Below, in pieces: positions 56,910-64,000 of a stretch of DNA of 64,000 nt (position 1 is the stretch's first letter; every line of letters starts with the position of its first letter). A program made the position numbers and the translations under genes. The notes beneath the pieces were generated by a model. The model ran no database searches, had not been told where the DNA came from, and saw nothing but the letters and a program-made list of their open reading frames with translations. This DNA comes from Flaccisagitta enflata (lineage: Eukaryota), in assembly GCA_965153355.1 (NCBI GenBank), contig OZ231126.1:26908001-26972000 (forward strand). The letters are read 5' to 3'.

Positions 56910-59384
56910 TGATTATGACTTATCTATAATTTATCTTCTTTGAAATTGACGCGATCGTTATTAAAATGCTTTGTCGAAAACTTTTTGAACTTTTCTTTCA
57001 ACTGCTTCTTTTTCTGATTCTATGCCCTCCCTGTTATTTTCTCTCTCTTTCTCCTAATTTCTCTCTTGTTTAAATTCATCCTGCTCATCCATTTCTTCTC
57101 CTTTCGTCTTTTTCCTTCTGTTATTCTGCTTGTCGATCTGTCTGTCGATCTGTCTGTCGGTTTTTCTATCAATCTGTCTGTCTCGCTGAAATTGATTGTC
57201 TGATATGTGTATTGTTTTTCTATCTTACTGCCTTTTCTTTCTTTCTGCCTTTTTGCTTAAGGTTTTTCTTTCTTTTGCTCTACTCTTTTTTTTTTCTTTC
57301 TCAGCACGCGACTGTACAACCCGCTCTGTCTGTCTGTTCGTCAGTTGCTTCGTCGGTCCATCGCTAATTTTTACAGCTAATTTCAATCACCCAATACATC
57401 ATAACAAATCCCGCCTTGTTCTCTTTCCTTCTTTGCCTGTTCTTTTCTTTACTTGGTACATTCGATCTCTATTTTATTCGCTCTTGCACTATACAAGTCA
57501 CTCTCTTTGGCTCTAGTTTCCTTTTCTCCTTTCCGTCTCTCGCTCTTCGCGCGCTCTACGTCTTTCTTGTGTTGTTTTGTCAAACCTTTTTCCCTGTGTT
57601 CATGTTTACCTGTCAAAAACAAAGAGCTCGCGATCTAGAAATTATCTATCATAACTGCCTCTCGGGGGTTTGGAAAAAATGGTAACTCCTCCGGGAGAAA
57701 GTTTCCCTTCATTTGTGCTCATTTGAACTGGCAGGATCTTTTGTCTGCCTATTTGATGCATATAATGTGATTGTTGAATTTCGGTAATAAATTACTCGTT
57801 TACATTAAATCTAGTATTGGGGGACGAAAAATTCACCCGCCTAAAAATTCCAAGTCTCTATGTCTGAGTTAGCGTGCTACCCTTTCACGGAACAGGGTTC
57901 GGCAGGATGACCAATAGCGTCTTATTTCTTTTAGAATCTCACTGACAATCACGTCCATCTAGTTAATTTTCCTCACAAACAAGTGTTGGCTTATTTGATC
58001 AAGTATTTATGATTTGTTTCTATACAGCTTTAGTTATTTTGATTTAGTTTTTTTTACATCCATTCGTTGAAATAATTTTGTTACTGAACCTGTTCTGTAT
58101 TACCCCTCAAAAGTGACCACAGTTCCCCTCAGTTGTGATTTGCCGGTGAAATGATTCATTAAAACAGAGGTGAAGGAATATATCAAATATGATTGATATG
58201 AGTTGTAAGGAAATGGGATGTCCTACCGTGTCGTGGGCCGGCCGACGGCTGTACTTCTCATCACGGCAATTTCCCTTTCACGTGAAATAAAGGAACCGGG
58301 TCTTGATACGAGTTGTCAAAAAACATCGTCAAAGCTCGGATGAAGAGGGAAAGAGAAGGAAAAAAAGATGAGAAGTGTTTCTCCCATCGAACGACCTCTT
58401 CCTCGTCCCCGATGGGAAGAGTGCATCGCCCTACTTTAAAGTAACCAGTGAATGACCCAGATTTCCTTCCCATCGGCGCGCGCCATTAGATCGTTCCCTC
58501 GAGTCGGTGATTGAAAAGTCAACGCCGGCACTATGAGTGGCACAACCGGATTCATGATTGATTCAGGTGAAAATCCGTCATGAATCGAGTACTGATGAGT
58601 GATGTTAGTCAGGTTCTACATGTTGTTTTTCATTCGGCTGTGTTGCCGTCGGGTGAAGAATTCTCGCATTAATGTTTTTGGGTCATAGTCAACATCGCTT
58701 GGTCTCTTAGAGTGAAAAAGGCTGTGTCGTATTGTCGCCTATCGGGTGTTTCTGCCTACTTTTGACGTATCCTAGTGTGCTGAATCTTATATCATTTCGG
58801 CTTTGATACTACATACGATCAGATGAAAAATAAAAAAGAATTAAGGGGAAATAATTCGAAAATCCTCGTGGCGTTCTGCTTTACCGTTCTGTTTCCTACT
58901 AATTTCTCTGTTTATCCTCTTTTGTCCTTATTGGGGCCGATGACCATAGCTTTCACATATGCAGAAACTTCTCCTCCTTCTCTCTTTCTCCTATATCACA
59001 ACTTCAAGGCCTAAATCCCAGTCTTGAGGCTAAAATCCCCGCCTCAAAGCCCAAATCCCAGCCTTGAGGCCAAAATCTCTTTTTCGCGGCCAAAATCCTA
59101 GCCTCAAGGAGGAGGAGGAGGAGAAATTTCTGCATATGTGAAAGCATATAGGCCGCTGCCCTTCTCCCTCAATTACAGTCATTACCATCTTTAGTCCTAA
59201 GCAGGGCACAGGTACCACTGACCATCTAACGCTTTTGCGACTATTCTGTCATTTTTCCCTCTCATCTTTCCCACTTAGTCCATTTTCTCTCACCCGCTTT
59301 GTTCAATTTCTCTCATCCGCTTTGTCCATTTTCTCTGTCCATTTTCTGTCTCCCACTTGAACCATTTTCGTTTCCACCCTTTCC

Positions 59385-60580
59385 TTTTTGTCCTCGACGA
59401 TCAGTTTACGTCGAGGACTATAACATAGCCTTGATCGTGTAGTAAGCCGTCGTTTGTTGCTGTGCCAACCCTTAAAACTTGGTAACCACAACTCAGATGT
59501 TGATGAAACTTGGTCAGTGTTATTTATGACATTAACTGTAATAATACCCTTTCATCAACATTCTGAGAATTCATTTACTACCCCTTAGATTATTTTGCTA
59601 GAAATATTAATTCCTTGACTTATGAAATTTACATAGGGTTAGGGTAGTAAAGTCTCACCAACGTTGTTCAAACTTGTTGTGAAGGTTACTTGCATCAATT
59701 TAAGCTCCCCTGCAAGATTTCGGATAATTCTGAGTATTGGTTTAGAAGATATTAGGGTATTTTGCAAGTAATATTACCCAGACTTGCAATTACATAGTTA
59801 TAAATATCATCAACATAACCAACTTGCTGTAGCGTTCATTGCATCACTAGTTCTGCAAGATTTCATAATGAGTATTGGTTAAGAAAATAGGTGGCATTAT
59901 GATGTACCTAACATTCACACTTGACTAAGAATTTGAAAAATCTTTAGTAATTTACTTTTTTGAAAATTTTTTTTTAAAATTTTTATTTTATTTAGAATTT
60001 TTTTGAAAATTTAAAACTTTTTTATTGAAAAAATTTTTTTAAAAAATGCAAATTGTAATTTTTAAATTTTTAAAAATTTTTTTTAAAAAAAATTTTGAAA
60101 ATTTTTATAATTTTTTTGTGAAATTTTTTTTTATTATTTTATTTTTTGTTAGATTATATATGTTTATGACTTAAGCAGAATGCTTAACCCTTGTTATGCA
60201 TCATAAAGTGTATATCAGATCTGATGTATGTGATGAGTTTCAGACTGAGGAGCTGTCAGACTGAGAGCTGGCCAGACTGAGTAGCTGGCCAGACCGAGCA
60301 GCTGGTCAGACTGAGTAGCTGGGCCAAGACTGAGCAGCTGGCACTGGCAGGCTGACGATTATAGCCGGCCAGGACTGGAGGCTGGTCGTGACTGAGGCTG
60401 CTGACCCGAGGCAGCTGGCCACACTGCAGCCGGCCGCACCGAGTAGCCGGGCTGGGGACTGGAGAGCCGGGTCAGACTGGAGTAGCCGGTGGGCTGTGAC
60501 TGAGTAGCTGAGCTGGGGACTGAGTAGCCGTGGCAGACACTTAACAGACACAGTCGAGATCATATTTTTAAGCTTTTTTA
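59385..60580 (+). mobile_element. Degenerate long HINE-like element
   Basis: 5' palindrome GTCCTCGACG-ATCAGTTTA-CGTCGAGGAC. Body resembles the 49707 family. 3' end uncertain. Confidence 0.5.
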
Positions 60581-63029
60581 GGCTGCCCTATGCCAAAGAC
60601 TCTATACTTTCATATTTAGAATTTTCTTCTAGTCTCACTTGCTCAAGGGGGCTGATCTCAGCTTAAAGGTCTCACCCAACTCATGCACCAATCCTAGCGG
60701 CGTTCCCAGCCTCAGGCATTATATCTCAGCCTCAAGGGTCTCCACCTCAGCCTGAGTAGTTCTACCCAGCCAAGAGGCCCTAACCCCAGCCTCGGGAGGT
60801 TCCACCTCAGCCTGGGCACTGTAGGCTCAACCCCAGCCTACAGCTCAAACCCAGCCTCCAGCATAAGTCATTGGCCTTTAGAGCAACTGCCTTCTTATAT
60901 AGTGTTGGGACACCACACATCAACTCACTTAATAAAGGATTTATATTTCAGGAGCCTCTACTGGTGTTTAATCCGACCCATTTCATAACTATCCTTAAAT
61001 TTAAAGAAATATTCTTTCAGAGATTATTACAAGATTTGGTCAAAATGTTATGTATCATTTAACATTTATCCGCAACTTTGATGGAACACTTATGATAGAC
61101 TAAGGCGAGTGATAATATCGATGACTCACCTGGCTCGGACTAACGACAGACCATATAGAGATGCGATGACGCACTAAAGTCACCAATTTCTGCCTATACA
61201 TGAGATATATGCAGACCACAAGAAAACACTTGATACATATATGTGGGTCAAGGACATCATATCCATAAACAAATGACAATAAACACAAAATCAGAACCTA
61301 CAAGTAGAGTTTTATTGTGGCTGCCTTGGCTTCAATGACATCACTTGGTCTAAAATTGTATCTGCTGTCCATGTTTACCTTTTTTGAATTTCTTTTAGCC
61401 TCATGGGAAACTGGTACTTAAAGGTTAAATTATTTTGACTACAGATTTGAATCAAGAAAAACGTTATAGAAAGTGCTTTTAATATTCAACTAGAAGGTGC
61501 TTTTAAATAAAATAAGTATAAACTTACTTTTATTTATGTAAATTACCAATTTACTTTTTATATCTTTAAATGAATTTTGACTATGATCCTAAGGGAATCT
61601 GGAAAAAGGAGCATCTTTCACCATCATGCTTACAGACTTCAATCTGCAGTCAACAGACATTTAAGACCTGAATTTTTGGCTTGAAGGAAATTCACAGTGG
61701 CACATGATGCAAGATGAAAAATTTTTCACTAAAAATGATGCTATTAGAACTCAAGACAGTTCTTACAACAAGAATCTACCAGAGATTTGATTTATTATTT
61801 AGTCATTTTAAATGAAGCATATTCATCTAAGTAATTTCATACTCCATGATACTAAATATGAAGAAACTGTACATACACTAATCTTAGCAGGCATCACTGA
61901 TCATCTAACGCTTTTATAATTTTATTCCTGCTCTTTTTTATTATCTTTTCCCATTTTGTCCATTTTCCCTCTCCCTCCTGAATGCTTTTTGTTCTACCTT
62001 CTGTCTTCATTTTTACTGTCCCATTTTAGCCGCTTTATAAAATTTACTTAACATGAGGGTGTCTGTTTCTAGAAAGAATGATATACTTTCAATTTGTGTC
62101 TTCGTATTATTGTCCCTGCCTCGGTGATGACTACTTCGCGCGGGCCATATCCGGCCTTGTTTACTTTTCTTCCATCTGGTCTCGGCAGTGGCTCTTGTGC
62201 GGCTGATGTCCCAGACCACAGGGAATGAGACGCCTGGTCCGTCCTTTTCCATCCGCCCGTCCACCCGTCCGCCCATCCGCTGTCCCGTCCCTGGCCATCA
62301 AATTCCCAACTTGTTCTTTTAGGCCTGATTTGGCCTCTCTCTTATTTACTACTAGGCTGGAAATACTTTAAATCAGCTTCCAGACATCATATCTGCCCTC
62401 CAGACCTCACCAGCTCTTCATACCTCTTCTAATCCACCTCCAGGCCTCATATCAGCTTCTTAGACCAACTCTGTCCCCCTGGCCCCAAGCTGCCCTCAAA
62501 TCCTCAAAACCTACTTTAGAACTCACTCAGTTCTCAGGTGTTTGGGGCAAACTGCCTTTTGACATCTTATCCACTTCACCTAATATACTCTCAGACGTTC
62601 AATTTCTCAGGTCTGGTCACACACGTCCCAAATGCCCCCGCTTCTCCACTACATCACTTAATCACCAGCAGGGCATCAAGTACGCTGACCATAGTGACTG
62701 GCTGGGATGACTAGTTCTCTTTTTGACTTCCTCTCCCCACTCATTATCCTCAAGCATTTATTTGCTTCAAGTTTTTCATCTTCCTTCGTCCTAAACCATG
62801 CTGGCTATCACAAAATAAAACGGCTCGTAAGCTTTCACTGTAAATAAAACACCAATATTCAAATAGCATTAATAATGCTCACAGACATTGTCTTGTGATT
62901 TAATTGAGATTGCAGATAATTATCTCTGTACCTGAAAATCGACTGTGCACAGAAAACAGGTAGCTGGTTATGTTCATGTAAAACAGAGAAGAATTTGGGA
63001 CCGTCACACAGCTTTCTGCTGACTGTTTA

Positions 63030-63165
63030 AAGCCAGGACACGCACCTATAAGAGTGTCTGTCCGTCCGTCCGTCCGTAAGCATAATGAGTTCGCAAGAGG
63101 AACAAAATGCGCATTTCCGCCCCTGCCCACCCGTCCGCAACTGGTGGCCGTGTATCCGGCCTTGC
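63030..63165 (+). mobile_element. Short HINE-like element
   Basis: CTATAAGAG..(GTCC)n..GTCCGCAACT-GGT-GGCCGTGTATCCGGCCTTG. Confidence 0.65.
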
Positions 63166-64000
63166 TGTTATGCAACTGCATCTTACTCAGTACTTCCACA
63201 TCAACTTATAACATTCTGTATGAGACCAAACATGAAGAATCTATGGGACTTTGTCCCGAATTTTCCATGTCCCAAATAGCCCCACTTCCCGTTTGATTTT
63301 AATTGTTAAATTGTTTTGTACTAGATGAAACTTATAATAGGTTTTAAAATATTATTACAATTTTTTCTATTATATGCGTTATTGTCTGTAGTGGGTTCGT
63401 CTGCTGTGCAGTTACTCTTTTTCAAGTCTCACAAATAATTCCCAATCATTTTCACATGCATCCTCAATCCTCATGTCTCTTACATCATGGACAACTTGTT
63501 TTGGCCCCCATCCCACTTGCCTTCAATTTCTCATTTAATAAAATCTTTGATACATCAAGAATGAAGTGCTCTTTGTAGTGTTAACAAGTGATGTGGGGTC
63601 ATAACATTGTGGCGGACAGGTGGGCAAGGGTAATTAACCTCTATCCGACAACCCCCCCCCCACAAACACTCACACAGCCATTTACAATGGCGAAATCATA
63701 TATGCGTGTTTTTGCATTTTCCAACCTTAATTCTCTATTTGATGTACCTCAACTTTGTTTTTTTATCATATCAGGCGAATAGCAAAGTTCTTCCTATGTC
63801 AGTCTACCTCTTATCCATTTGGAGAATACTAATATTGCGCAGCTTTGAAAATTCGATACCAAAAAAGTTATATGAATCTAAATTAAATTTTTGATAAAGT
63901 TTTTTTTTAATTTAAATACACTTTTTATAAGAACGTCATTTTTTGGCCAAAGCCTTCAAAACAGATAGATATAGCTATTAATGAAATAACTACGATGTTC

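Noticed and set aside
58200-58740. GC-richer segment with a 70-aa minus-strand ORF
   Set aside because: No recognisable domain or supported exon chain; may be KSR 3' UTR or intergenic.

Overview
Eukaryotic (invertebrate animal-like), AT-rich, repeat-dense window. Two spliced host genes were reconstructed by hand from GT-AG boundaries with consistent phases, and they lie head-to-head. On the minus strand is a TLC-domain membrane protein gene (TLCD1/2-like, 5779-~25672). On the plus strand is kinase suppressor of Ras (KSR, 22 coding exons, 33760-56909, ~1296 aa). The main feature is an apparently intact ~11.6 kb autonomous Helentron (Helitron2-type rolling-circle transposon, ~12941-24531, minus strand) inside an intron of the TLC gene. 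Its single uninterrupted 2686-aa ORF reads N-terminal USP/peptidase-C19-like deubiquitinase, Zn finger, 13 x 23-aa charged repeats, HUH Rep, PIF1 helicase, APE-type endonuclease. Its ~3 kb upstream region holds a mirror-symmetric double-TATA promoter, a 170-bp tandem array with octamer motifs, and a 39-bp palindromic array of ~24 C/EBP-ATF (ATF4-type) sites bracketed by a 15-bp inverted repeat. The rest contains many non-autonomous Helentron-related elements (HINE/DINE-1-like), Tc1/mariner and hAT MITEs (some nested three deep), mini- and microsatellites, and a tandem amplification of the TLC gene's last splice acceptor. All calls come from reading motifs; no database search was run.
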